This document shows, one piece after another, positions 1 through 12,781 of a stretch of 64,000 bases of DNA (positions are counted from its first letter, which is position 1; every line of letters starts with the position of its first letter). Under the pieces are notes generated by a model that was given only the letters and a program-made list of their open reading frames with translations, ran no database searches and had not been told where the DNA came from. The position numbers were made by a program, and so were the translations under genes. This stretch comes from Oculina patagonica (taxonomy: Eukaryota): NCBI RefSeq assembly GCF_052425735.1, contig NC_135768.1:16244001-16308000 (forward strand). Reading direction: 5' to 3'.

Positions 1-3000
1 TAGCTCAATGAAATCAAAGAATGAAACAGCCACGTGGTGCCACTGTTTTTCTTGAAGCTGATCAGATGTCGTCTCGGTATAAGCTATGCCCAAATGCCAA
101 TTTTTAAACCTCAGTTTATTATTGCCATTAACGCCGAACCAAAATCGGCCGTCAGGGGATCCGCCATTATCGCTGCCGAGTATTGGTTTCTGGTATGGGT
201 TGGATGGCAGCACTTTTATCCAACAAGCAATGGTAAATGCCATGCCAAGATTGATGTGCGGTGCTTCCAAATAGGCTTCTGTTTGATCCAGATAAACAGC
301 TTTATGGTCCGTAAGGCGACCCTCCACAAAGGTCGCACTGTACTTAGGGCTAAAGTAGAAATGGTACAAAGTAGAGAAATAATCAGCGTCGAAGACATCA
401 GAACGAAGTAGTCTCGTCTGCTTATTCAATTTTTTTCGCAATTTTCATCATTTCAAAAGTATCGAGATCAAGAAAAAATTACAAAACCACCGGATGGCGT
501 TAAATTTATCATACGTACAACTTTGCACTGGTGCAATTTCACTGACGGGCATACGAATGTTTTTGGCACTAGAAAACAAATCCTCGCTTTTTTCCATACT
601 TGGTGTGTAAGAAGTTGTATTAGGAGGCTTTATAACGCTAAAGGTCAGACATAAACGAAAGCGGAAAAGTTGCGTGTCACAAATTCATAGAGCTTATTAA
701 CAAGGCAGCAAAACGTTAAATAAATTAATTGGCACCCAAAGTTTAAACATGTCTCCGTCACCACGATCGAGTGAACATCATCACTAAGCAAGACGATGGT
801 GCTAGTGGTAGTTATGATAACATAATCTTCAGATCGGAGTCGAGTGTAAGAGTACTACTTTCGAATTTCAATCCAGTTACGTTCCCGGACTCTCACTCCT
901 CCCTGTTGCTGACCAGTTAAAAAATATAATTGGTGCGAGATTAGTGTTAAATGTAATTAAGACAATCAGTAAGCACAAGGTGCCCGTACTCAACTCGTTC
1001 TCCGATTTGAATGTCCCTAATGGCGGTGCCGACGACGACGGTGATGGTGAGGATTACAGTGAGAATGAGGATAAGGGCCAAAATGAGAATAATCAGGAGG
1101 ATGATGATGAAAAGGAGGAGGAGGATGAAAAAGGGGAAGATAATGAGGAAGAGGAGGGAGGAAGGGGAGAATGAGGACGAGGATGAGTATGAGGATGAGG
1201 AGGACGTCAGTGAGGATTATGATAAAGATGACCATGAGGATAAACTGAGGTGATGATTGGGAGGAGGTGTGAGGATATAATAAAAATTTATCCAAGATTT
1301 GGGAGAGGGGGATGAGGATCTGGATGGGAATGAAAATAAGAATAAGAATGAGTATTACGATTAGATGAGATGAGGAGTGATTAGGATAAGGATAAGAATA
1401 TAGAGGAGGATAAGGGTGGCGAGGCCGACGATGATGAGAAGGAGGAAAAGGACAAGGAGGATAAGGAGGATGGTATGGAGGTAGACAACGAAGATAAAGA
1501 TGATCACAGGTACGGAAATGATCACTATAGTCAATGTAAAAACAAAAGCTTATAAAAGAAAACTAACCTCAGTTCTTGATCCTCTCCATCAAGCTTCCAG
1601 TGCTTCACTTGATCTGTTATATCAACCTCTGAAAAATAAACCTGTGTGTTAGACGTTTTACACAACGCTGACGAAGCAGACAAAAATCTCGCTGAACTTC
1701 TCGTTAAAATACTTCTCTCCTTATGTATATTGCCCGAATAATCTGCTACGTTTTATAATTCAATCAGATCGAAAATAACATTTTTGATTTTGAAAGCAAA
1801 AATAATAACCTTAATGCAGCCCCTTTCAGTTATGCTAATGTTTCTTGCCGAGGGAAAAAAGGTTTGCGATGCTTTTTTTTCAAAATTATGATGTGTTTGT
1901 AAGTTGCTTAGTTCGGTCAGGGGATCATGAAATTCTACTAATATTTAATTTTCGTCAATTGGGAAATACGTCAATTGGGAAAGATTTGTAGAGTAAGCCC
2001 TTCAGAGAGGGTCCATTCCCAGCCTATTTTTTGTCTAAATCCCATTCCCAGTAGTAAAATTCCCAGTGTATGGAAAACCGGGCTAAGCATAATAATATAT
2101 TTGTTGTTTTGATTGTCCTAAATGTAGTTCACTCACTGAACTCTCCCTTCGATGACAGGCGTCGTTGAGCGAGTCAGAAATATTGACCTGCATGCGCATT
2201 CTCAGAAATCTGTCAGCCCCACCCCCCTCCCCCCAAGGGGGAAGCTGGAGAAACCAAACCATAATCGACAGCACCTTTGGAAACGCACGCACAGATGTTA
2301 AATTCAAAAATTTAGTACTTGTGGTTTAATACCTATTCATTACGGCTTTAGACAAAGGTTAAGGCAATTTTTCTTGCAGATGTCGCGCTATTAAATTTGT
2401 TGCGTAGTTGAATTTTTCATTTTAGCGAACTATTTTTATACCCTAGCGCACACGTTGCAGTAAGAAACGCCACACGTCTCTGTGGTTTTTCATTGGTTTG
2501 TTTTAAGCATGCACATGCAAGTTATCCTAGACTGTCCCTTCTCGCACCTGGTTCGCAGAAGGAAATAGTTCTGGAAATCATGTTCTGCTCAAAATCATGT
2601 TCTCTAGTTATATTATCACCAATGCTGTTGAGAACATCACTTTTCATTTTTCGTTTGTCTTGTAGAGAATGATAGAAATTTTCAGTAGCTTTAACTAAAG
2701 CTATCAAGTTTTTATCCCTTACTTACCACTACCCTGCAAAACTTACTATCACTTCTTTTAAATATTCCATTTGTGCCCATGCTCAGTCATAGCAGTTCCG
2801 CTAGTAACTTAATCACTTACACGAAAATTGATCGACACTGATGGACACTCGTCAGTGTAGTGGTTCGGTTAAGAGTTAATTTTCAGCGTTTTAACTATTT
2901 CCGGATAAAAAAAGAGGTAAAAAATTGGAGTCCATTCCCATTTTTTGTTTCCGAATCCCAGTCCCAGTTACCTAAATCCCACAGTGAAAAAATAGGACCA

Positions 3001-5326
3001 GTAAGGAACCCAGTCAAGGCAAATCCAGTTCCCATTTTCCCCTCAGGACCCCCAGAGGAAATATGATGACGGATGCAAACCGAAGGTTTTAAAGAGTATT
3101 GAGAAGATTGTTTAATATGTAGTTATTGATAAAATGAAAAAATACTACTTATGGAGGGTAAAAGGCAGTAATATGATCTAGTTAATCGAAATTTGTTGAA
3201 TTAAATTGCCGTATTACCACCAGTGTTGAAGTTGCGGAAGTAGAAGAGGGAGAGGTAGAAAGTAAGCGCAACAAACAAAATGCAATCAACAATGATGCGA
3301 GACAAGTTGAAAGAAAATGTTGCCCGTATCACTGGGCCTTAATATTTTACGAAACAGAGACACTATACAGATTTATCAGTGCCGTCATAACCATGGAAAA
3401 TTCAACTTTAAATAATGGTTTGCCAAGGTATAAAACATCCAAGAAGTCCAGTTGTATCAATAAACGAGAAAAAAACCAAGATGGTGTGAGTGCGAAAGAT
3501 TGATATAAATTCTAATTGGCATATTTCAAAATTTAGGTTACATTTTTCAAGTTGTGTTAACTGTAACATGGTAAAGTCTGTGTTCGAGCCAAATGGCCCA
3601 TCAGGCCGGAGCTAAACACAGTTTTAGTAGCATGAAACAACTAAGAGTATTTCTACCACCCCCCGGATTGAATGCTAGTACAACACAGCGTTACCCCAGC
3701 AGTGGATTCGCTGGTACCTATTTATAAACCAGGGTGGAGAGAGGCACTGTGAGAGTTAAGTGTCTTGCCCAAGAACACAACGCAGTGACCCCAGCCAGGG
3801 CTCGAAACCGGACCGCTCGATCCGGAGTCAATCGCACTAACCATTAAGCCACTATCTGTAATATGGCTTCTTAAAAGTTCGAAGCTGAAAAGAAAAGCTG
3901 CGTATTGGAATAATTCAATCTTACCGGTAAAGGGGCAAGTTTCTCCTTCAAACACAGTTATACCATGAGCTCCCTGCTTGAACTGTGGCCATGAAACAAG
4001 TTCCCCGCGTTCCACTCCACACTTCGAAGAAAGGACTGCCAGTTGGGGATGCTCTAAAACCATCGGCCATGCATTTCCATGGCCTAACCTGCCTGAGAAA
4101 AGCCGATAAGATGATCCAATTCCCAGCGTAAAGATTCCCGTAGATGATAACGAATTTCCGCTTTGGAAACCAGTTCCATATAGAAGCAACCGTCCGTCAT
4201 AGTAAACCATATAGGCGCCATCTTCTTTTTCCCAGGTCACACAGAGACCATGCCAAGTGTTACCCTGAACTCCTGGCAGTGAGACTAATTGCCTGGTTAT
4301 AAAAAAACGTCATTACAACAATGATAAATTGAGAAATTGAAAAAACACTCCGCAAGGAGACGAAATTAATCATATCTTGCCGTTGCCTTGTCAACGCGAT
4401 TGGTAAAAAAAGGTAACGTGGCAGCTACTCGACAGCTATCTTGCCATAATCCCCAGTCCTTGTACAATAATGTCTGCGAGCTCCGCGCGCGTGTTATTTT
4501 TTCAAACCGAATAAATATTTTCATGGGAGCCGTGTTTGCGTTTCTCATCAGCTAGAGAGCAATGGGTATAATTGAGGAAGTACCAGTTGACTTTTGGCTC
4601 AAAAGTTGTAATGAATAAGATTTTTAATAAATAAAACGTTTTCTATATATCGCTCTCTTGTTCATCTTTGTCCGTTACCATTTAATAGTAGGAATTATTA
4701 TTAATATAGCTCACTGACTATGAGTTTATACCTCTGATTAAGTTCATAGCACGTATGTATTTCCTCGCCCTTCCTCGCCATTATAAGATACAAGGTCTGA
4801 TAGTAAAGCAATGAAGTTTTATTTTCTTAATCGAATAATAAAATTGAAGACAAAACCCAATCAACCAAAAAAAAAACAAACAACAATGAGATTAAGGGTA
4901 GATTTCCAATGACGCGTAATTTTTTACGTGCGTTTACTTTCGTGAAAAAAATTAGAGACAGAGTATGAACGACTTGCGTAAACGTGTACGCAGATCGTTC
5001 ATACACTGTCTCTAAATTTTTTCACGCACGTAAACGCACGTAAAAAATTACACGTCACTGGAAATTCACCTTAAGTTTAGTTTAAGTAAATCCTAACCTG
5101 TCTTCGCTCAAAAGCGAAAAATAAAAAATTCCACTTGGGCTTAGAGATAAGGCAATAAGAACATTTGACGACAAGTCTGTATAACGTAAAAATCCAAGTT
5201 GCGAAGTATCAGCGGTCTTTAACCATAAGCATATGGTGAAAGCTTCAATGTCCGTGTCGCCGTTAATGTTTACACTTGAATACTGCCCCTGCTGTTTGGT
5301 AGGAAATTCTAAATAAAAGTCATGAT
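1..5326 (-). CDS. Partial gene: pentraxin domain followed by LamG-like (concanavalin A-fold) domain; 5' exons unresolved, 3' end runs off the window
   Basis: Exons 5326-5098 (DHDFYLEFP...AFTICLWLKT), 4292-3925 (WHGLCVTWEKEDGAYMVYYDG, pentraxin-like), 1628-1568 (EVDITDQVKHWKLDGEDQEL) and 349-1 (AVYLDQ...AFTIACWIK...QWHHVAVSF). GT-AG sites with compatible phases 1-2-1-2. Confidence 0.75.
1030..1505. repeat. Purine-rich (GAT/GAG/GAA) low-complexity tract in an intron
   Basis: Degenerate GAN-triplet runs between exons 1628-1568 and 349-1 of the minus-strand gene. Confidence 0.7.
3570..3855 (-). mobile_element. tRNA-derived SINE; related partial copies near 5545-5700, 24800-25070 and 62915-62990
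   Basis: Pol III A/B-box-like head on the minus strand (TGGCTTAATGG...GGTTTCGAGCCC). The body gtgtcttgcccaagaacacaac recurs in the window. Confidence 0.6.
4896..5070. mobile_element. Palindromic MITE, probably PIF/Harbinger-type; second copy 61654-61827
   Basis: Inverted termini ggtagatttccaatgacg / cgtcactggaaattcacc with TAA/TTA flanks. The same sequence recurs at about 61.7 kb. Confidence 0.6.
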
Positions 5327-6717
5327 CTGCAACATAAGCAAATTTAAGAGGAAAAGGTGTTAGCCCTACAGGAATATCTTTAAGAATATAAGAAATGTGC
5401 ATATAGTCCCGATAAAAAAACAGACATTAATATTGTGCGGCATTAACAGTCCCTTTTTTTCTAAGTTCGTCAAGCAAGAAGCAAGAAGAACTAAGGGCAA
5501 AAAGGGGCTGCTCGTAGTTTTATAGTATGATGATACGAAGAGCATTGATTCCGTTAGCATGAAGCGCTAGGAGTATTGATGCTTCCCATGGAATGGGATG
5601 CTAGTCCATGTGCTAACAATTTGCCAGTACCTATTTATACTCTTTGGTGACTGAAGAGAGGCACTGTTAGTGTCAAGTGTTTTGCCCAAGAACAGAACAA
5701 GAGGACACACTGTTCTAGCTGCACTTAAACTCTGATTAGGCCCTCCCTCTTGCTATTACTATACAGAAGTCACTGATAAAATCTTCTAAGTTGTCCTAAT
5801 CGATACTGATACTTTGTGCATTTTTAATCGAAGGATACTCAAGAAACCACCACGTTGTTTTCCATTTCTAGAAATTAAAAAAAAGGAAACACAACTAACA
5901 AAATCCATGTGGAGAACAGTCGAACCTCTTAAATTCGGAGACCGAAGGGACAGGGAGAGAGTGTCGTTATTATGGAGGGGTTTGTATTACAGAGAGAGTT
6001 TATCGTCACTTTCGGACCAGGTGAACTGTCTGCAATAGGGTGTCCTATGGGTTCACTCAAGATCTTCCTCGTCGCCTTGGTTTAAACCTCTGTTTAACCA
6101 TTGCTAAATATTATATTTATACTGCGTCACGAAGAGAAGAAGAGTATATCTGGGAAGCTTTTTTTGCTATACTTAAAAGCTACCTTGAAATTGAAAAACA
6201 TAAATCAAAATCACAAATACGCCTTTGAGCCTCTTTTTGTTTGTTTGTCTTGTTTATTTTTTCGCTTCTATTTCCTTCTATTTTTTTGTTATTCACTTAT
6301 TTCTGGCCTTCCTTTTGTTATGTAGCATTGTTTAAGTAACGTAGCCTTATTGTGTACATAGTAGTAGCGTCACCGTGTAATTGTTGCTGTAAACTGTTAA
6401 AATATAAGTTTCGTAAATATTGTAAGCATAGTTAGTGATAGTTAGTGATAATACCTTATATAAATGTATTAGTACGTTTGTGTTGTAAATAAAAAAGGGT
6501 GTCCGTATTATAGAGATGTCTGTAAGGAGAGGTTCGATTGTATTTTGTATAAAAGGTACATCACTAATGGCGCACCTTGAACAAAAATAAGCCTAAAATT
6601 TTTGAAGTTGGTCGTTCGTTATCCATTTCAATCCTCCTCATTCTCAACCATTCTTGCTCCTTTTTGTGACCTCTTTGGTGTAAGGCAATGTTGTCCGTCG
6701 CATTGCAAAAATATATT

Positions 6718-7077
6718 AGGGAGCTTTAACGATAACGACGGCGACGCCGAGGACAACGCCCGGTGCAAGATGAATTCATAATTTTCTCGAGAATTTCACG
6801 ATTATCCAGATGTATTCAGTGTATCTATTGGTTTAGGAACAAGCTGCAGCTGAATATGTTAAGAAAGCGTTCATCCTAAATTAGAAATACGAACATTAGG
6901 CCGTCGTCGTTCACGCTCTTTAAAATACGCATAATTTGGTCCTTTGACGTTGTTGTTTTGCAGCCAAAAAATGTACCAGGATTTAAAACGCACGTGCAGA
7001 GCTATTATTCTGCTCATTAACTCTTCTTTCGGTGACGTTCTCGTTCACGTTGCCGTCGTGGTTTGCTAAAGCTCCCT
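6718..7077. mobile_element. MITE with short TIRs
   Basis: Inverted termini agggagcttta / taaagctccct. Confidence 0.55.
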
Positions 7078-8114
7078 AATAATCTGATAACCACCCTTCG
7101 AAATTAGCAGCAGTAAAATCAGTTGTAAGCAAACTGATAAGTTTACGGCAGCGGGCTTAAATATATTTTAGCTCGCAAAATACGCCACAATGCCCAATGA
7201 AATGATTATAATAGATGTTTTAACTACCTGAAGGTAGTGATAGGAAAGGCTGCTTACTTTCAAAGTAACGGGGATCGTTATTATATTAAGAACTTTACGG
7301 TGTAGCCAATCCTTTGTAACCTGCACTTTGTTTTCTGACTATTCTCTATTCTATTAGTAAAATCCTAGCCGTCTTCTTTGCAAATTTTTAAATTTGACTT
7401 TCTGTGCTATCGTTGGCAATAATCGCAAATAGCCAAAGCTTCCATGTACGTTTTTATACTTAAGAAAAGTGGTATCTTGCTTCACTTAATTTGGAAACAA
7501 TTTCATAAAAAAAATACATTTTTGTGTTTCTTAGAACAAGAAAAATGTTTACGTTTAATATTCCTTCATAGAAAAGTAGAACTTGTAGTCAAAAGCGCTA
7601 AAGAGAAAAAAGACAGACAAAAAAGGCATGTTCAGGTAAAATTTATAATTAAAATGCAGCACTTTGAAGTTACTACAAACAAGCATACCAGTATTTTCAT
7701 GCAAAAATGTTCAAATAGTTTACACAAGTCTTCTTAATTGATTTCATTTATACAACAATCACTCTTGTGTTTCTGAAAACTAGATGCCATCAACAACCTG
7801 GATCAGGTTTTTGTAATTTTCTCTTTAACAAATTGCGTAATTAGGAAGCATGGCGTCCCACTGACAGTGAACAAAAGCTATCTGAAAACACGTCAATCCT
7901 GTTTAATTAAAGACTTCCGACAATAACCGCAAGGGCTTCTATTTGCTTAACAGCTTTCTTTGCTTAGCTTTTTTGACTTGCAGTAATTTTGCATTTATAG
8001 AAATTTGCATTTAAAAATTTCAAAGGGTAGAATCATTTTTGACAACCGATGTTGAACATCATGTGTGAGCTCCCCATGTACGATCAAGAATTTACAAAAT
8101 TAAATCGGATAAAG

Positions 8115-8525
8115 TAAACCTAAATATAAATAAAATGGAAGAGTTTGTTGGTGATATTGAGGATTTTTTGCAATTTATATATGGGAGAAGTAGGTTTATT
8201 ATTGGAAATGAGAATTAAAACTGTCGCGAGTAAACATAATATTCAAGTAAAGATAGCGGGAGTGAGTTGACTATTCGAACACTTCAGTATATAAAACGTC
8301 TTTTGGAAATTTACAAAGTTGAGTCGGTTAAAATAAATGTAAATATAAATAAAATAGGAGGGGGGTTGTTAGTATTATCGAGGATTTTTTGCAACTAATA
8401 TGCAGGAAATGGGGTTTACTATTGGAAATGAGAAGTGCAACCACTGCGAATAATCAAAATATTCGAGTGAAGACTGAAAAAAGTTGACTATTCGAACACT
8501 TCTGTATATATAACGTCTTTTAAAC
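8115..8525. repeat. Diverged tandem duplication of about 220 bp
   Basis: aaatataaataaaat...gaggattttttgcaa...ttggaaatgagaa...gttgactattcgaacactt...aacgtctttt occurs twice in series. Confidence 0.6.
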
Positions 8526-11500
8526 ATTTCATCTTATTGTCATTTCAATATTGGCAACCCGTGATGTGTTTACTTAACTCCTAAACGGCTTATTACCCTG
8601 TCAATAATTCATTACACGAATAGTATCAATTAACATAAGCACTCATGTTACTGAGGTTTCTTTCAAGAGTTGTGTAGTTTCTGACAATTTGAACTTCCTC
8701 TATAAATGTAACGACACGCACCATGGTCATTTACTTAGAAAAATAGCCTAGCTTTTTTTTTCATTTTAATTAAACTTCTTGGTTCTGGAAAATCTTTCTT
8801 TTTCCCCCATTCAATTTTTCTAGTTGTATATGTGGATGTAAAAAAAATGCGCGAACTATATTTTTATTTTTGGAATTAGAATCTTTAAGATACATCGAAA
8901 AATATTTCACATAAATTTGAATGTTTAAGTTTGTTGGAATAGCTAGAAGCATTCTGAGTTGTTTAAAGTCTTCCATAAATGTTCCCACAGGCTTTGACTC
9001 GGCTTGCAGTTTTTTTTTTACAAATTAGCGACGAAGTGCAAACTGCGCCTTAACCTACAACTCAAGGTTGCCATAAACACACTCGTTAGAAAAACCACGG
9101 GTTGTTTTAAGAAACAGAGATACAATTAGTTAGGTACATGTAAACAACAAGCAATTGAAAACAGAAACTTATAAATATTAGTGTTGAGGCAGTCTCGAGT
9201 ATTGCCAGTGGAGGGCTAAAACGTGCCGACAACCAAATAAATCGAATGTTTAACTGACGAATTTTTGTCTGTACCGCCACATTCACAATGACAACTGACA
9301 AACGAGCAGAACTTTTTTTTTCTAAAAGTAAAACATTGATCAAACGTTTACTGATAGCGGGCATTTGTAATGACCTCCCCTGAGTCCAAGTTTCTTTTTA
9401 AGATATTGCTGTTAGGGCGGAACATTTTGACTTAAGTCTAAGCCCCTCATAATATTTAAAGGAAACTTGACCTCCCTTTAACGTTTCATCTTTTTTTCTA
9501 CATGACTACAAAACAATACCTGAGCACAATGATTCCTGGGCCAGTGACTGCTTTGAAATAATGGCAATTATGACCTAAATGTGATAGGAAAATATAAGAG
9601 AACACCCTGAACATTTTAGAAGATATATCACAAATTAAGCGATCAAAAGAGAAAGAAGAAAAAAAATAATTATTTCGACTTACCGTAATGACCTCGATGG
9701 AAATCACTAAACTTCCCAAAATGTTCATGTTGATATTGCGGTCAGCAAAATAATTCCCCTGGCGAGTTTGGCTAACTGTAAAATGTTAAATCACGGGTTC
9801 ACATAATAGTTTCATCGTGAGATAAATTCAACTAGACCATAATCACAACAAAACGGTTGCTTGATAGTTCGACGAAATCTTTGGGGCTGATTCTGCGAGA
9901 AATAACAATATCACTTGGGCGATTTTTAACGGCACCTGCTCGGTAAAAGGCGAGAGTCAATTCATTATTCATGAATGAAGTAATAAGCGGCGTCGCAGTG
10001 AGATAGTAGCATGTTTGTTTATAACGGAATGGAATCGACTGTGATTGGTTAATACAGCGGACAAACTATTAAGAATGGCTGACGGTTTGCGTGTTTTATG
10101 TAAAGTCAATTATTAAAAGCGCAAACAATTTGTTTTCATAGCAATGCCACAAAATGAAAATTAGACACTTGCATATGAATAGGAAAGCGACTAAATCCAG
10201 CGACACATTTTATTTCGGAGAGAGCTTGACAATTAAAAAATTCGTACTAGAAATTGAAAGTAGTTTATTTTTCACTCTGTAAAATGCCTTCAGAAATGTA
10301 TTTTAGAGCGGAAATGACGTTATTTAATCGACAAAAAGAACATAAACAAAGCATGATTGAACGAAACATTTATTGGGAAAGTCGTGTTTTAATTTGAAAT
10401 AATAATGAAGAATGGGTAAAATTATTCAAGAACAGTTAAATAGAAAATATCGTTTAGTGGCTAGTGACTTATAACTAATACAGATTGTGCAAAAGTGAAT
10501 AAATTTGAGACTTTTATTTCAATTCAAATGGATCTTAATGCATGAAATAGATTATCAATGGTAATATTGTTTGTTTTCGGGGAAATATTACTCTTATGTA
10601 AAAACAAAAATGCTTATTTTAAATAATAAAAGACTTCGCGATGTTAAAGGGAGGCGCAAGGCAATCATAGATCAGTCTGTAACACCTAAAACACTAGCTG
10701 AAAGATCATGCACCAAAATTAATAATTTGACAGTATTTGAATAAAAATCCGCAGCAATTGAATGGCTGGTTGGAGAGCCATGTCATTTACTTCCTTTGCA
10801 TGAAAGACAGACTATTAAGTTTTGTTGTTCACCAATTTCTGAACTCTTACACAAAACGTTCCTCTTTCTATTTTTACAAATATAACAGAAGCAGTGACAT
10901 GAAAGTTAAGCTCATATGAAGCCATGGCGAATCTCAGTGGGTTGTGGGTTGCATAACATATTATTTAAATAACTAATTTCAGACTCCAAGAGTCAATAAA
11001 AGTGCTACTAGGCTAGGTTAAAAAGGTAACGAGATATATAATAAAAAGCGTAACCGTTCTAAAGCTATTGAGCAGTACTTTCACGTGGTACTGTTCATTA
11101 TGCTGTACAAGGTGGTTCTATCTTCATATAATTATTTCTATTTATTTTGGCAAAATTAAAATGGTTGTTGTTGTTGTTTTTGTTTCACCGCTGAAGGAAA
11201 AAACACTTCAATAATAAAGGTGTGATTTTTTCTTTATGCAGGGGCAACGTGTTGGTAAGCCCCGTGTCGTTGTCATCACCTCATCGTTTGAATTTTGACG
11301 CATGATCCTTTATATCTTTTCTAAGAATTACACTTGACTAAAATTAAATAGAATAAATATAACTTTCGAGTTTTAAACTTTGAAATATAGGTTATGGGGG
11401 GGGGAGAATTCATGTTTATCTTTGTACGATCGATTCAACAACATTGAGTCAAGCACTCCCGTTGTACGGTATGTTATACCGTGCAGTGTTTTTTGATGAA

Positions 11501-12188
11501 AAGGGTCACACTGTGATACACGTTGCTGTAAGATTAAAGACTCAGATGAATGGTGCAACATTGCACGGGGTCACGGAGTTGCAGCAATGTATCAATTCCA
11601 CCAGGTTGCAGAAGTTGAATCGTTTTCTGCTAAGTATTAGCTATTTCTCGATATTTCCTGCTTTCTGAAAGCCAAATCCTAACCCGATCACCACAATAAG
11701 AATCTTTTTAAACCTTTCTTCTCAAAGAGCAAAAGTCATACTTCATCCCGTTGAGGGGCATAACGTTGCAAAGTGTGTTCAGGCTCAAAACTCCATAAAC
11801 CTCTTCCGTAAAAATGCTAACGTTCCAATATTGTCCATATACCAAGCGTTTCACGCTTACATTCCGGAATATGTACTACACTTGCAAATTGGTGCGGCCC
11901 TTTTGCTACTGGGACAGACTCGTCTATGAACTAGCCACTACAAACTAAAGGGCAACTGAACTGATGTACATGACGTATTGTTTGCATATCCCGACCGGCG
12001 TAGGACTGGCGCGGCCCCATGTCGTGACATCCGATTGCTGCCCGCGTCCCAACTACTGTCAAAGCGGGAACACCTGCAAAAAAATACGTTAACGATTTGT
12101 TTCCAATGTCCTTAAAAAGGACATTTATAACCAAACTCCTGAAAGGAGACTTTATAACTAAAAGATTAGAACGAGGAATAGTTTTTTT

Positions 12189-12460
12189 AGGAGCAAGGAC
12201 GGCGCAGTGGTGAGAGCGATCGCCTCCCACTAATGTGACCCGGTTTCGATTCCCGGACCCGACGTCATATGTGGGTTGAGTTTGTTGTTTAGTTGATTCT
12301 CGCCTTTGCTTCGAGGGTGTTTTCTCCAAGTTTTCTGGCTTTCTTCCATCCTGAAAAACCAACATTTGCAAATTCCAGTTCAACCTGGATCGAGGACTCG
12401 CATGGAAACCAGCTAAAGCTGATGTTACATCCTCCCTTAAATATAGTAATTTATTCATTT
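12189..12460 (+). mobile_element. tRNA-derived SINE
   Basis: Head GGCGCAGTGG (A box) ... GGTTTCGATTCCC (B box), followed by body and AT-rich tail. Confidence 0.65.
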
Positions 12461-12781
12461 TTTTATTAGTTATTATCTAGCGGAACAATACAATCAGTTC
12501 CTGACCATCACATAAACTACAATTTATCTTCAAGTTCGAGGTTGTTCTGAAACTCTTTTCGTTTTTTATTTGCTCGTGATCCAGCGTTCTTCCCTTGCCC
12601 CTCTTGTGCACTTCATCTTTTCAATTTGTAACTTCTCATTCTTTATAATTCACGTAGGTCCAGGAAAACATTAAGGCCGCATTTACTTATTTACTATAAC
12701 CTTCTTATGGTGCTCTACATGATGTAAATTAGCTTAGCTTGTACTTCGTAAAGTAAACGTTCTGTCCCTTCACTCACCTGA

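Noticed and set aside
944-1295. Acidic E/D-rich ORFs and the antisense hydrophobic/His-Pro ORF
   Set aside because: By-products of an intronic GAN low-complexity tract; frames shift and stop, and there are no usable splice sites.
5800-6640. Candidate 5' exons of the pentraxin/LamG gene (MDNERPTSKILGLFLFK and a short exon near 5815-5868)
   Set aside because: Splice sites are plausible but the joined peptide is not a convincing signal sequence; left unresolved.
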